From a virus (Duplodnaviria > Caudoviricetes), in the IMG/VR virus record IMGVR_UViG_3300028833_000066: 64,000 nt of DNA; one strand, 5' to 3'. Position 1 is the stretch's first letter, and each line of letters opens with the position of its first letter. Below, one piece after another: positions 23,638 through 33,076 of the stretch. The translations under genes and the position numbers were made by a program. The notes below the pieces were generated by a model. The model was not told the origin of the DNA and did no database searches. It worked only from the letters and a program-made list of their open reading frames with translations.

Positions 23638-23835
23638 TCAAATTTCATAGCCGCACTCCAATTGTTCAAAACACTCATAACAGACCCATCTTGCCCAATA
23701 GTGGTCTTTTTCAGGAAGAGTATAAATAAATAATTCTCTGGTAGGCTTGCCGCAAATGCTACAAAAAGGATACTTAATACGTAACTTTAATAGCTCATCG
23801 GTTGTTTTATTTATAAGCTCATACAATTCATTCAT
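23638..23835 (-). CDS. Zinc-ribbon protein
   Basis: CSIC...CYEC. Confidence 0.5.
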   Translation of the reverse strand: MNELYELINKTTDELLKLRIKYPFCSICGKPTRELFIYTLPEKDHYWARWVCYECFEQLECGYEI

Positions 23836-24020
23836 AAATTACCTTCGGCCGCAAGTCGCTTATCAACCATAAAAACTAGCCCATCCCAATACTTCATATT
23901 ATCTACTTCTTCTCTATATTCTTCATACTCATCAGAAAAATAATCATACCAAGGAACTTTGTACTCATCTGCTAGGTCAATCAGATACCACAGTATCTGA
24001 ATCATTCTTTGGTCTGTCAT
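23832..24020 (-). CDS. Hypothetical protein
   Basis: AAGGAG RBS before ATG 24020. Confidence 0.55.
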   Translation of the reverse strand: MTDQRMIQILWYLIDLADEYKVPWYDYFSDEYEEYREEVDNMKYWDGLVFMVDKRLAAEGNL

Positions 24021-24160
24021 CCCAATCAATCTCCTTGCCGCACTGAGGGCATTTAGTATCAAACACAGTTACATGGCGGCCGCAGTTGCCGCACATCCAC
24101 ATACCGGGGATAGTTTCAATCCACTTGCGCGGCTTTACTTTATCTTCCATTTTAAACTCC

Positions 24161-24409
24161 TTATGCTATCATAAAGAATAGCTTCCACAACCAAGGATGC
24201 TTCTTTACTTTATAATAAACGTCCTTCATAAGAGCATAATTTACAGTTTGAAAATTACCAGTATCAGTAATCCATCCATTTTTACTAATGAATAGTCCTT
24301 GAATAAAGCGGCTGAACTGTAAATACTCTTCATCAGTATTGTATCCATTTAGCTGTGTATAAGCCTTTTCAAACTTATCCATAGCATCATTAACACGTTC
24401 AGTATCCAT
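24161..24409 (-). CDS. Hypothetical protein
   Basis: ORF track, TGATG coupling. Confidence 0.6.
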   Translation of the reverse strand: MDTERVNDAMDKFEKAYTQLNGYNTDEEYLQFSRFIQGLFISKNGWITDTGNFQTVNYALMKDVYYKVKKHPWLWKLFFMIA

Positions 24410-24687
24410 CAGTCATCCTCCCAACTGATTTTCCATCCCTGACGTACAGGTTCGTGTGTTGCATCAACATACTTAGAAACGGCATAGCCACTGCCGCCAA
24501 GCATGGTGCGGACGCTGCGAGGAATATCATCCATTACAACGCACTGATATTCGCCTTCCTTAATAGCGGCTAAAATAGCATTTTTAACGATCTCAATGAT
24601 GGGATCAACTTTGGTAGACACAACTTCCTTAGTTTCTTCATGAGCCTGACTTGCTCTCATAAACATTTCCATTATACATTCCTCCAA
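24409..24687 (-). CDS. Hypothetical protein (similar to 24672-24932 and 30330-30596)
   Basis: I..AIKEGEY...GY.V...ISW pattern. Confidence 0.6.
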   Translation of the reverse strand: MEECIMEMFMRASQAHEETKEVVSTKVDPIIEIVKNAILAAIKEGEYQCVVMDDIPRSVRTMLGGSGYAVSKYVDATHEPVRQGWKISWEDD

Positions 24688-24932
24688 TTAATAACAGTAT
24701 ACCTGCCACGAGCCATACTAAATTCTTGTGTTACGCTATAACCAAGTTTTTTAAGTTCAGCTTCGTTTTCAGGATATATAACTCCAGCAATATAAGAAAA
24801 TTCACCCTGTTTGGCATGTGCTTCAATTTGCCTTAGAATAAAGTTAAGCCGCCGCTCACATAATTTATCATACGTGGGTTTAGTAATGTTGTAAGCTTCC
24901 TTAGCATTTAGCATACGGATTGCTCCTTTCAT
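24672..24932 (-). CDS. Hypothetical protein
   Basis: IEAHAKQGEF..LKKLGYSV..INW; sigma-A promoter at about 24945-24972. Confidence 0.6.
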   Translation of the reverse strand: MKGAIRMLNAKEAYNITKPTYDKLCERRLNFILRQIEAHAKQGEFSYIAGVIYPENEAELKKLGYSVTQEFSMARGRYTVINWRNV

Positions 24933-24995
24933 TCTTATACTTATATTATACTCTAATTTTAAGAAAAGTCAAATATTTCGCGGCGGAGCCGCCAT

Positions 24996-25214
24996 ATTTT
25001 TATTTTTTATTTTTATTTTATATTTATTATATACATATATTTATATATATTTATTACTCTTACCAAAATGGCGGATGAAACTACCAAAATGGTGGTTTGA
25101 AAAATGAAACCACCAAAATGGTGGCTGAAACTACCATTTTGGCTGGTTCAAAACGCCAATTTGAATGCAATGGAAACCACCATTTTGGTGCCTTCATTCA
25201 AACCTCCAATTTGG
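24996..25214. repeat. Iteron-like repeat array with adjacent AT-rich tract (putative origin)
   Basis: CCA(W)3TGG units at 25062, 25083, 25112, 25133, 25179 and 25206, most preceded by GAAAC(T/C)A; nearly pure A/T at 24996-25056. Confidence 0.65.
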
Positions 25215-25575
25215 CGGTTTCAGTAACTGCCTTGGTGGCAATAGGAGTAAAATTATATACATTCTTTTTATCTTCTACTTTATTTAAATACCCACATTCT
25301 TCTAATTCAGTAAAAGCTCTTCTGGCACTAGTTTCACTAACTCCAAAACTTTCATATATATCTACTGGTGAGAACTCAACTTGCCCTTTGCCATCCCACT
25401 TTAAAAAATATAACCATACTTTAAAAGCAGTATGTGATAATATTTTACTAGCAGCCATAATATATTTCCAACTAGTAGAATATAAAAACTGTTCTCCTTT
25501 ATTTTGCGGTTCATCACTATGTATTTGTTTTACATTTGTAATATAAACTAATTTCTGATTAGCGTAATTCGCCAT
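25198..25575 (-). CDS. Winged-HTH replication-initiator-like protein
   Basis: LSHTAFKVWLYFL...GVSETSARRAFTELEECGYL. Confidence 0.65.
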   Translation of the reverse strand: MANYANQKLVYITNVKQIHSDEPQNKGEQFLYSTSWKYIMAASKILSHTAFKVWLYFLKWDGKGQVEFSPVDIYESFGVSETSARRAFTELEECGYLNKVEDKKNVYNFTPIATKAVTETAKLEV

Positions 25576-25609
25576 AATATCAACCCCTGTATTTCATTGG
25601 AATAAAAGA

Positions 25610-25783
25610 TTAGTGTTTTTCACTAATAAATTCGCGTGCCTTTTCACGCAATTCAACTGTCTCTTCAAAATAATAAACATTTAATTCAGGATGTTTATAA
25701 TTTTTCTCAATCTTTACAACCTTAAAGCCTGCCTTTTCTAACTTATAGGCGATACGGCGAGAAAAAATTGGATATAGTTTCAT
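25610..25783 (-). CDS. Small protein, DUF5659-like (57 aa)
   Basis: Below the ORF-track cutoff; MKLYPIFSRRIAYKLEKAGFKVVKIEKNYKHPELNVYYFEET; AAGGAG RBS. Confidence 0.6.
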   Translation of the reverse strand: MKLYPIFSRRIAYKLEKAGFKVVKIEKNYKHPELNVYYFEETVELREKAREFISEKH

Positions 25784-25797
25784 TGGTATCAGTCTCC

Positions 25798-26013
25798 TTA
25801 GAATTGAATAATGTTGTTTATCATTTCTTTATATTGTTTAAGTCCTTCGCGCAAGTTAAGTAATTTACTACCTGAAGGCATTGATACGTCATTAATATAA
25901 TTAAAAATACTTCCAACAGAACAATGACACATTTCTGCTAGAACATTTAACTGAACATGGCCTTCATTTACTAGCCGTTTTAAAATTTCTAATTCTTGAA
26001 ACATATTCATCAC
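25798..26013 (-). CDS. XRE/Cro-like HTH protein
   Basis: LNVLAEMCHCSVGSIFNYINDVSMPS. Confidence 0.65.
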   Translation of the reverse strand: MMNMFQELEILKRLVNEGHVQLNVLAEMCHCSVGSIFNYINDVSMPSGSKLLNLREGLKQYKEMINNIIQF

Positions 26014-26165
26014 CTCATATATTTAGTTGCGGCCTTACCATTACTCTATACTATTTTCTACAAAATTATAGAAAAATTTTTCAATTCATAAGACAAATTG
26101 TCCAAACATTGGACTTTTTTGTCTTTTCTCTATCACTTTTTGCTAGTTAAAAATAAAAGGGCAGA

Positions 26166-26647
26166 TCATCCCTGCCCCATTAAAATTTTATATCCTTCCT
26201 CAATATCCACGTCTCTCAATCCTTCACTATACAGCGGCACCACCAAATGTGCCGTTACTTTGGTCTCGGGCGGGTAATCACGAATATCATTATCATCGTC
26301 AAAAATAACAAAATTATCGCAATTTTCATGGTTATGTACCCATTCCATAATCTGCTGGCCGCGGCCCATTCTTGCGTTATCATTAGTCGTACCATAAATA
26401 TATAGCCCATACAGAGCAAGTTGCTGTTCAAGCCAAGCTATATTTGAACAACCAGTACGCCAAGATGAGCACAACACAATACGTGCTCCAGTCTGTTTTA
26501 CAAGACGTTTCAGCCGCATAATACAATCCTGGTCAAGTAGCCCATAGGTCCACCATTCCTTGAAACCATTGTTAGTACAATACTCATTAAAGTTAGTTGA
26601 GTTTAGGACGCCATCAACTAAACGTCCAAGAAGATAAACTTGGACAT
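26166..26647 (-). CDS. HAD-family phosphatase (HAD_SAK-like) interrupted by a 5-nt insert inside the DxD motif
   Basis: MSKFIFLDV | TAGTT | DGVLN...IVLCSSWR...RGQQI..W..FVIFDDD; the downstream part is in frame with ORF 26166-26519. Confidence 0.7.
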
Positions 26648-26652
26648 TTATA

Positions 26653-26979
26653 TCACTCTCCTTTATCTTCTTTTACCTTAAAGGTATAAATATCGCCTTC
26701 AACGTCAATCAGTTCATAATTCTCATATACTTCCTTAAACGGCATTGTGTCACTAACTGTGGCACGAACAATCGGATAACGATGGGATGTAAAGGTGGCT
26801 AATGCACCAGCAGTTGCTACGATGATTCCGACAAAACATAGAACTGCGGCTACTGCCTCACTATCCTTTAAAGCTAAAAGAAATAAACCTAAACATACTA
26901 CACCAAAAACGCACAAGACTACACCTAGAAAAATACTAGGTTCGTCTCCTTTAAACCCTTCATACAAAATAGTCATCAT
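26653..26979 (-). CDS. Membrane protein (2 TM)
   Basis: Two hydrophobic segments. Confidence 0.6.
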   Translation of the reverse strand: MMTILYEGFKGDEPSIFLGVVLCVFGVVCLGLFLLALKDSEAVAAVLCFVGIIVATAGALATFTSHRYPIVRATVSDTMPFKEVYENYELIDVEGDIYTFKVKEDKGE

Positions 26980-26980
26980 A

Positions 26981-27196
26981 TCACCCCTTACAAACTTTAA
27001 CTTCATCTTCACGCTGTCGAATGTAGAAATCAGCACCGCAATTAAGACATAGGCAATATGTTGTATGCCAATTAGGATCTTTGCTTACGATTTCCCCATT
27101 CTTGTAAACAACAGGACTATACAGAGCGGTACTAACAGTATAGCGTTCCTGATAATAACTAGCACCGCAAGTAGGACACTTAATTTCCATCCTCAT
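26981..27196 (-). CDS. Zinc-ribbon protein
   Basis: CPTC...CLNC. Confidence 0.6.
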   Translation of the reverse strand: MRMEIKCPTCGASYYQERYTVSTALYSPVVYKNGEIVSKDPNWHTTYCLCLNCGADFYIRQREDEVKVCKG

Positions 27197-27464
27197 TTAC
27201 TTCCTCATAAGTTTTCTCAAAAATGTCAGGGCGGCAGCCATAAATCTCTCCATCAACGCCCTTGACAATGTAATAACCCTTATTAACGTGCATCTCGCCT
27301 TCAAGGGTATTCAGCACCAGCACCACATTAGGCAGGTCCGGAGCAATCCCATTATACTGATAATGAATCAGTGCATTGGGACCTGCGAACTCCTTGACTT
27401 CCTTAATATTCTCACCAGTCCAACGAATAGCCTCAATAGTTACCGGAATCTTACGATACTTCAT
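27180..27464 (-). CDS. Conserved phage protein (PGDYG-like family)
   Basis: MKYRKIPVTIEAIRW...TLEG.M...YIVKG..GE.Y.C.PDIFEKTYE. Confidence 0.75.
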   Translation of the reverse strand: MKYRKIPVTIEAIRWTGENIKEVKEFAGPNALIHYQYNGIAPDLPNVVLVLNTLEGEMHVNKGYYIVKGVDGEIYGCRPDIFEKTYEEVNEDGN

Positions 27465-27527
27465 ACCTAGTATCTCCTTTCTTCTTTCTATATATATTAT
27501 AACATAATTTTAATAGAAGTCAAATAA

Positions 27528-27863
27528 TTAGCCAAAATGAATCCAGTTATCAAGGTTTAGAAATTCAATAGACTCAGCACCATCATACTCATGAATACGC
27601 CAATAAGCACCTGCACTGACCCACTCCAATTGTAAAGTACGCCAATTAGTCTCTGAAACATAAGTGTGCGGATAACCATTTGCCGCCAGCCACTCCTTAA
27701 CCTCATCAAGATGGCTATACTTATGTTCAAGCCAATACTCAATTACCTTGCGGTCGTAAGCCAGAGCTTCATCACTCCATGAGCTCCATCCTGCACCAAA
27801 GCCTGCGGAAACAAGCACGCCATAACGCTTATGAGTGTCATCTTCCCAATACAAATCAACCAT
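27528..27863 (-). CDS. Conserved phage hypothetical protein
   Basis: VLVSAGFGAGWSSW...IHEYDGAESI. Confidence 0.7.
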   Translation of the reverse strand: MVDLYWEDDTHKRYGVLVSAGFGAGWSSWSDEALAYDRKVIEYWLEHKYSHLDEVKEWLAANGYPHTYVSETNWRTLQLEWVSAGAYWRIHEYDGAESIEFLNLDNWIHFG

Positions 27864-27876
27864 TTGCGTTCACTCC

Positions 27877-28068
27877 TTACATCATAAAGCAATCCATATA
27901 ATCAGGTTCAAGCCCGAGCACATCTGCAATGATGTCCGCAATATCATCATACGACGCATTATCAGCCATTGCCTCAGAAATCTCGTTCTGGCACTCTTCC
28001 ACAATATTTGCGGCTTCAAGCCAACTAATTCCGTCACGCCGCATAAGAATCTCAATAATCTCTCTCAT
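27877..28068 (-). CDS. Small helical protein (tandem paralog 1)
   Basis: IIEILMRRDG...LGLEPDY. Confidence 0.65.
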   Translation of the reverse strand: MREIIEILMRRDGISWLEAANIVEECQNEISEAMADNASYDDIADIIADVLGLEPDYMDCFMM

Positions 28069-28079
28069 ATTATTCTCCT

Positions 28080-28283
28080 TTACCACTGAAAAAACGCATC
28101 TAAATATTCAGGTCCTAACTTCAAATTGCGCCTAATAACGTCTTCGGCTTCCTCAACCATAGGTATAAGGCCGCTAGTATAATCATCTACTTCTTCTTGC
28201 GTCCGCTTAATAAGATCCCAAGCATCATCAAGTGTCATATGGTCACGCTTCATTAGAATCTTAACAATATCATGTTTCTACAT
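28080..28283 (-). CDS. Small helical protein (tandem paralog 2; TAG right after the start)
   Basis: ATG TAG KHDIVKILMKRDHMTLDDAW...LKLGPEYLDAFFQW TAA. Confidence 0.6.
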
Positions 28284-28455
28284 ACTCATCATCCACCCTT
28301 AAATTAAGACCAAGCATATCGTGAAGATACATCAGTTCAAGCACAGGTTCTTTCTTAATCTGTGCCAAGCACTTATCTACCTTAATTGCCGCTTCCTCTT
28401 CACTCATACCCTTTATCTTCATAATCTCAATTAGTTCCTCTCTACTCCAAATCAA
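28270..28455 (-). CDS. Small helical protein (tandem paralog 3)
   Basis: LIEIMKIKGMSEEEA...MLGL. Confidence 0.5.
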   Translation of the reverse strand: MIWSREELIEIMKIKGMSEEEAAIKVDKCLAQIKKEPVLELMYLHDMLGLNLRVDDEYVET

Positions 28456-28879
28456 CGTCTGTCTCCTTATCTAGCGGCTACGCCCAGCATCGCCACGTCT
28501 TACCATACATCTTCAAACTATACCAATGTAATCGCGAATTATTATCACGCAAATATACCTCATTAATAAATGGGGGATATATTTTTGATAAGACCCAGCC
28601 GCAAGCCAGCGGCGAATTATCTAGCGGCTCAAACCATAATGGTGCTCCTTTTAGTGCCTTTTCACGCACTTCATCTTTACTTAATAAATGCTAACTAGTA
28701 GCCTCTAAATACTAATATACATCATTAAACAGCCGCAAATCATCGCATACATACGACGGCTCATTAGAGCCATCATCAATTGGTATAGCATAACCAAAAG
28801 GGCAATTGGCACAATAGTTGCGAGAATTACGCCAAGAGTTGAGAAAGCATTTAAGTGCCAGTAGTAGTTTGCTTTTCAT
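28427..28879 (-). CDS. Hypothetical protein (code 15, 4 TAG)
   Basis: ATG 28879 is in frame with ORF 28478-28669 through TAGs; CANCPFGY; YGKTWRCWA. Confidence 0.55.
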
Positions 28880-29054
28880 TTTTAATCACCCCATCATAAT
28901 TTAATTCAAATAATACATGCTCCTTACTTTTACAGATGGGGCAATAAATAAAGTGGTCTTCATATATGTCGTTAGTTTGATAGGTAAGTAATGCGTTACA
29001 GTTAGAGCAAGTCCATAAGAAAGCTGGTCTATTTTTTAATATAACCTGTACCAT
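28851..29054 (-). CDS. Zinc-ribbon protein
   Basis: CSNC...CPIC. Confidence 0.55.
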   Translation of the reverse strand: MVQVILKNRPAFLWTCSNCNALLTYQTNDIYEDHFIYCPICKSKEHVLFELNYDGVIKNEKQTTTGT

Positions 29055-29058
29055 TTTC

Positions 29059-29553
29059 TTAATCCCATAAAGCAGAAAAATATTGGCTCAGCTCACTCAT
29101 CACAGCTTCAAAATTTTTCTGGGCTTCGGCCGCAATCTTCTGTGCCTCATTATAATAATTTTCAAAAGCCTGTGATGATCCCTTATAGCCGCCAACCTGC
29201 CAGTTATCAAGCTCATCCCTATATAGCGGCCAATATTTATTAACTTTGTCCTGCTCTTCCTCATTCATCATCTTAATAGCGGCCGCAGCCTTATTCAGCC
29301 ACGCAGTCCATTCTTCTGGCGTTTTAAACAAACTATCCGGCCAGCCGCTATGATGATCTGCTAAATGTTTAAGTGCTTCAGACATTACATCAGAAAACCA
29401 ATTATCCAAATTCCATACATCACAGTCAGCATATCCTCTAACAACACGCTGCCTAGCCCACTTCAAACATTTCCACTTATCCCCAATCCATTCAAATGGA
29501 TGCCGCAAGTAATAGCGGGGTCTATGACCAAAATACTTCATCACATTACTCAT
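29059..29553 (-). CDS. Conserved phage hypothetical protein
   Basis: QRVVRGYADCDVWNLD...YFSALWD. Confidence 0.7.
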   Translation of the reverse strand: MSNVMKYFGHRPRYYLRHPFEWIGDKWKCLKWARQRVVRGYADCDVWNLDNWFSDVMSEALKHLADHHSGWPDSLFKTPEEWTAWLNKAAAAIKMMNEEEQDKVNKYWPLYRDELDNWQVGGYKGSSQAFENYYNEAQKIAAEAQKNFEAVMSELSQYFSALWD

Positions 29554-29584
29554 CTACATTCATCCTTTATATTCTAAAATGAAA

Positions 29585-30346
29585 TTACGCATGGTAGCCA
29601 GCATAGTCAATCAGCACAAGCCTACCACCAATCCAGCCCACGTTGTTGCAATGTAAATCATTGACGCACCATTCATTTAAAAAGCTACTAAGCTCCGCAT
29701 ACACAACTTCACCATACTCATGAACAAAGCTAGCGGCAACTTCTTCCGCACGTTCCATAAGGGGGCTATCATACGATTTCGCAATTTCACCCTCTTCATC
29801 TTCATACTCATCACAAGTCCAACCAACATTGTTGGCTTTCTCATAAGCATACAGCGGCAACTTAATAGTAACTTCCCGCATATCCTCTTCATTTAAACCC
29901 ATTTCATTTACCATGCGGCAAAAGCTACTTTCACTCATATCGTAGCAAGCATCTTCATCATCATTCTCATAAATAAGAGAGGTAGGATAAGCCTTAATAG
30001 TCTTCACATAAGTGCCTAAATAATACGGCTTAACAAAACACTTGCTAAGGTTAGCCGCAATAGCCGCTTCATAAATGCTAACTTCAGCCGCACAAGGACT
30101 TACCTCATCCTCATACCCATCCAAATCAAACTTAACAACTTCATCCCATTCCGAATCCGCAATTACACCACGGGTAGCACCGCAATGCATCGAAATATTG
30201 CGGGGTGCGTTATACCCATAACTCAACGAGTCCTCATCCTCCAAAGAGAAGGGGCTCTGAAAATAAAATGCGAAAAACTTATTATCCTCAATCATCTGAT
30301 CCAAAATGGAAATGAAATGCTGAAAAGTCTTATTCAAGGTACTCAT
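29585..30346 (-). CDS. Protein-kinase-like protein
   Basis: GATRGV..VVKFD..E..IY...DLHCNNVG...VLIDYAG. Confidence 0.7.
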   Translation of the reverse strand: MSTLNKTFQHFISILDQMIEDNKFFAFYFQSPFSLEDEDSLSYGYNAPRNISMHCGATRGVIADSEWDEVVKFDLDGYEDEVSPCAAEVSIYEAAIAANLSKCFVKPYYLGTYVKTIKAYPTSLIYENDDEDACYDMSESSFCRMVNEMGLNEEDMREVTIKLPLYAYEKANNVGWTCDEYEDEEGEIAKSYDSPLMERAEEVAASFVHEYGEVVYAELSSFLNEWCVNDLHCNNVGWIGGRLVLIDYAGYHA

Positions 30347-30596
30347 AGCTCCTTCCCCAGCTCACATCATAACCAACATCGTCATTGCCAAGCACCATAA
30401 AGTGCTCTTCTCTCAACCACTCAACATTAGCTTGCCACAATGCATCAATATGAACAGCGTAATTGCCATCTGCGGCTTCAAGTTCTATTAGCCGCCGCAC
30501 ATAAGTGCGTTCCCACATTATTAGTCCATGAATACTCACGCCATGAAGTTGAGTTCTTGCTTGTTTCGTAATGCACCGAACTTGATCTTTCCACAT
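30330..30596 (-). CDS. Hypothetical protein
   Basis: AAAGGAG RBS; promoter TTGACT..TATAAT-like at 30628-30655. Confidence 0.6.
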   Translation of the reverse strand: MWKDQVRCITKQARTQLHGVSIHGLIMWERTYVRRLIELEAADGNYAVHIDALWQANVEWLREEHFMVLGNDDVGYDVSWGRSYEYLE

Positions 30597-30923
30597 AGAA
30601 GGAACTCCTTTCTTTCTTTCTAAAAATATTATACTACAATTTTTGAAAAAGTCAAATAATTTAGTTAAGTGAGAAACCTCTAATGTACAAAAAAGATACG
30701 AAAGGTAAGAGAAAATAGCCATCGTATTGAGGTAGGGCGGAACCTTTGCGAATTTAAAGTAGGTGGCAAAAATTGGGTGTGGTCATTTTCGATTAGATAG
30801 TGGTTGATTTTGGGGTAGTGCCTCAAATTTTGACTTTTGTCAAATATTTTTCTGTGAAATTTGGTGCCAAAATTTACCATTTTTGACAAATTTATCCAGC
30901 TCTCCGCACAACTGGCTAGGGAG

Positions 30924-31072
30924 CCGCTTCGCGGCACGGCGTAGTAAATTTTACTTTCCGTAATCCCGCTTCGCGGGATTACTCCAAGTAAAATTTACTA
31001 CTTATATATATAATAGAAAATTTATTGCTTTTTTTTGACCACCTTATACAGGGGGAGGGGGGTGGTCAAAAA
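30924..31072. other. Long inverted repeats in a divergent intergenic region (origin or packaging candidate)
   Basis: GTAGTAAATTTTACTT..GTAATCCCGC-TTC-GCGGGATTAC..AAGTAAAATTTACTAC (30941-31001); TTTTTGACCACC-17-GGTGGTCAAAAA (31032-31072). Confidence 0.6.
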
Positions 31073-31172
31073 TCGACAAGAATTTATTTGCTACAAATCA
31101 ATTTATATTGTAATGAAAAATGACAATACATGCTTGTTATTTTTCACTCAACTTTGCGCGAAAATCAACTAC

Positions 31173-31201
31173 TTGACTTTTTCTAAAATTTGTGTTATAA
31201 T
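31173..31201 (+). promoter_or_regulatory. sigma-A promoter with extended -10
   Basis: TTGACT-17-TATAAT with TGn. Confidence 0.75.
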
Positions 31202-31225
31202 ATAACCAAAGAAGGAGGGAGGCGT

Positions 31226-32581
31226 ATGAGTGATTTAATAACTTAGACAGTCAGCGATTTATAGGATTAGAATAAATTATTTTTTCGCCGCGGCTACTAT
31301 AATATACTCGACTGCGGCGTCCGCACCGGTAAAACCTATTGGGCCGTTAATAACTTAACTCAATTTACACGCGATGGTTAGTTAAATCGTATTTTGTTTC
31401 TTACAGATACTACAGCTCTTAAAGATTAGATTATTTAGGAGTATGATAATTGTGCTGATGTTGATGTGTTTTGGGAAAATAAAAGTGGTTGGGGCGAGTA
31501 GAAAAATAAGATTGGAGTAATGTGCTACTAGGGCCTTGGCTAGCGGGCTATGCGCGAAAACCTAGCTTTTCTTGAAGACATTGATGTTATATGTTGGGAC
31601 GAATGTGATAGTATATTTAACTTTGCGACGCAAGCGTTTGCCAAAGCTAGGAATACAGACTTCGCCCGCAAAACTATGAGTAATGCGGAAGTGCTTGCGG
31701 CAATACAAAGCTTCTCAACCAAGCGTGAGTATATGCCACTGGTTCTTCTCGGTGAATGGGAACAGATTATACTTGAAGGCCGCATTATGTGTATTGGCCT
31801 CTCCGCTACTCCGGAGCGAGCTAAAGCTTTTTACTATTCATTAGTAAGTGCTAGTTATGAAGGTAAGTTAGAGATGGGCTATCGTATGGCCAATGACATT
31901 TACTTCTATAACTTGGCTGACCATGTGCGAAAGCTTAGTCCAGCTCCTGATCGCGGATATTGGTGTTATTCACCGTATATTGAACCTAACCAGGGCATCG
32001 TAGCTATTGCGAAAGCCAATGGCTTCAACGCAATTGAGCTACATTCGCTTAACAATAGAGATAAGCCAATGACAGACGAATAGATGCGGGTATATAACAC
32101 TATCGTCACTACGGGGATGGTGCCTTTGGAATACAATTTTATTGTCGTTAATAAAGCTATGGAACGCGGCATAACTATAATAGATAAACGCTTTGATAAT
32201 GTAATCATTGATAGCTATGACGCGGCTGAACGTGAACAAGCAGCTCGTTAGACTTTTACTTATTAGCGGCATTTAAAAGCTTTTGCTCCTGAGGTCCCGT
32301 CAGAATTTCTTGGCGTGTGGCTACCTGTAGATAAGTGTAGAGAATTAGCTGAGTATATGGCGGTGCCTGAATTAGATAAGACTAATAAAAACAGCAATCG
32401 TATCATGACTTGGAATAAGTTAAAAGATTGTCTGCCTATGATTGGCTATACGGTTGAAGGTAAGCGAAAAAGTTTAAATGGTAAGGTATAGCAATGCTAT
32501 TTTATAACTGGTGAATGGCATGATGTTGAATTAAAAGATAATAATTTCCTCGCACTTGTAGATGCATAGATGAATAAATAA
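31226..32581 (+). CDS. SF2 (DExD-box) helicase-like protein, 451 aa (code 15, 14 TAG)
   Basis: AAGGAGG RBS; Walker A CGVRTGKT; motif Ia TTALKD-TAG; MCY-TAG; Walker B ICWDECD; motif III GLSATP. Confidence 0.85.
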
Positions 32582-32638
32582 AAAGTATAGATTTTTGATT
32601 TTTTAAGGAGGTAGTCAAAAATCTATACTTCTTTTTTT
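32579..32638 (+). terminator. Hairpin/terminator after the helicase gene
   Basis: AAGTATAGATTTTTGA...TCAAAAATCTATACTT followed by a T run. Confidence 0.55.
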
Positions 32639-32714
32639 TAAAAAAAATACTTTCCCATTATATTATAAAATAAATTTAATTATTTGTCAATAATTAAATA
32701 AATGGAAAAATTTT

Positions 32715-32835
32715 CCAGCTTCTCCACCTTTGCATCCCAGCTCCTCCACGTTGGTAAAATTTTCCAGCTCCACCCAGCTCCCATAAGCCCAGCTCCCAGC
32801 TTCTGACCCAGCTCCTGCGGGCTGGCTCCGCCTGG
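32715..32835. repeat. CCAGCT short-repeat cluster at the left edge of the promoter island
   Basis: 7 copies of CCAGCT plus 3 CTCCAC in 120 bp. Confidence 0.65.
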
Positions 32836-33076
32836 AAAATTTTTATAAATTTGTAAAAATTTGGCTGCCGGCAAATATTTGACTTGTGTCAAACACTTGA
32901 CAAAAATAGTTAGTTAGTCATAACTAACTCCTAAAAAATTTTTTTATTTGGGGCTTGACAACTTGACACGAATGTGATATAATGGTAGAGGTGGGAGAGT
33001 ATCTGGCGGCGCCGGCAGAATTTTGTGCCGGCATGATTTTTATGTCGGCAAAGAAAAAAAGGGTAGTTTCCTACCC

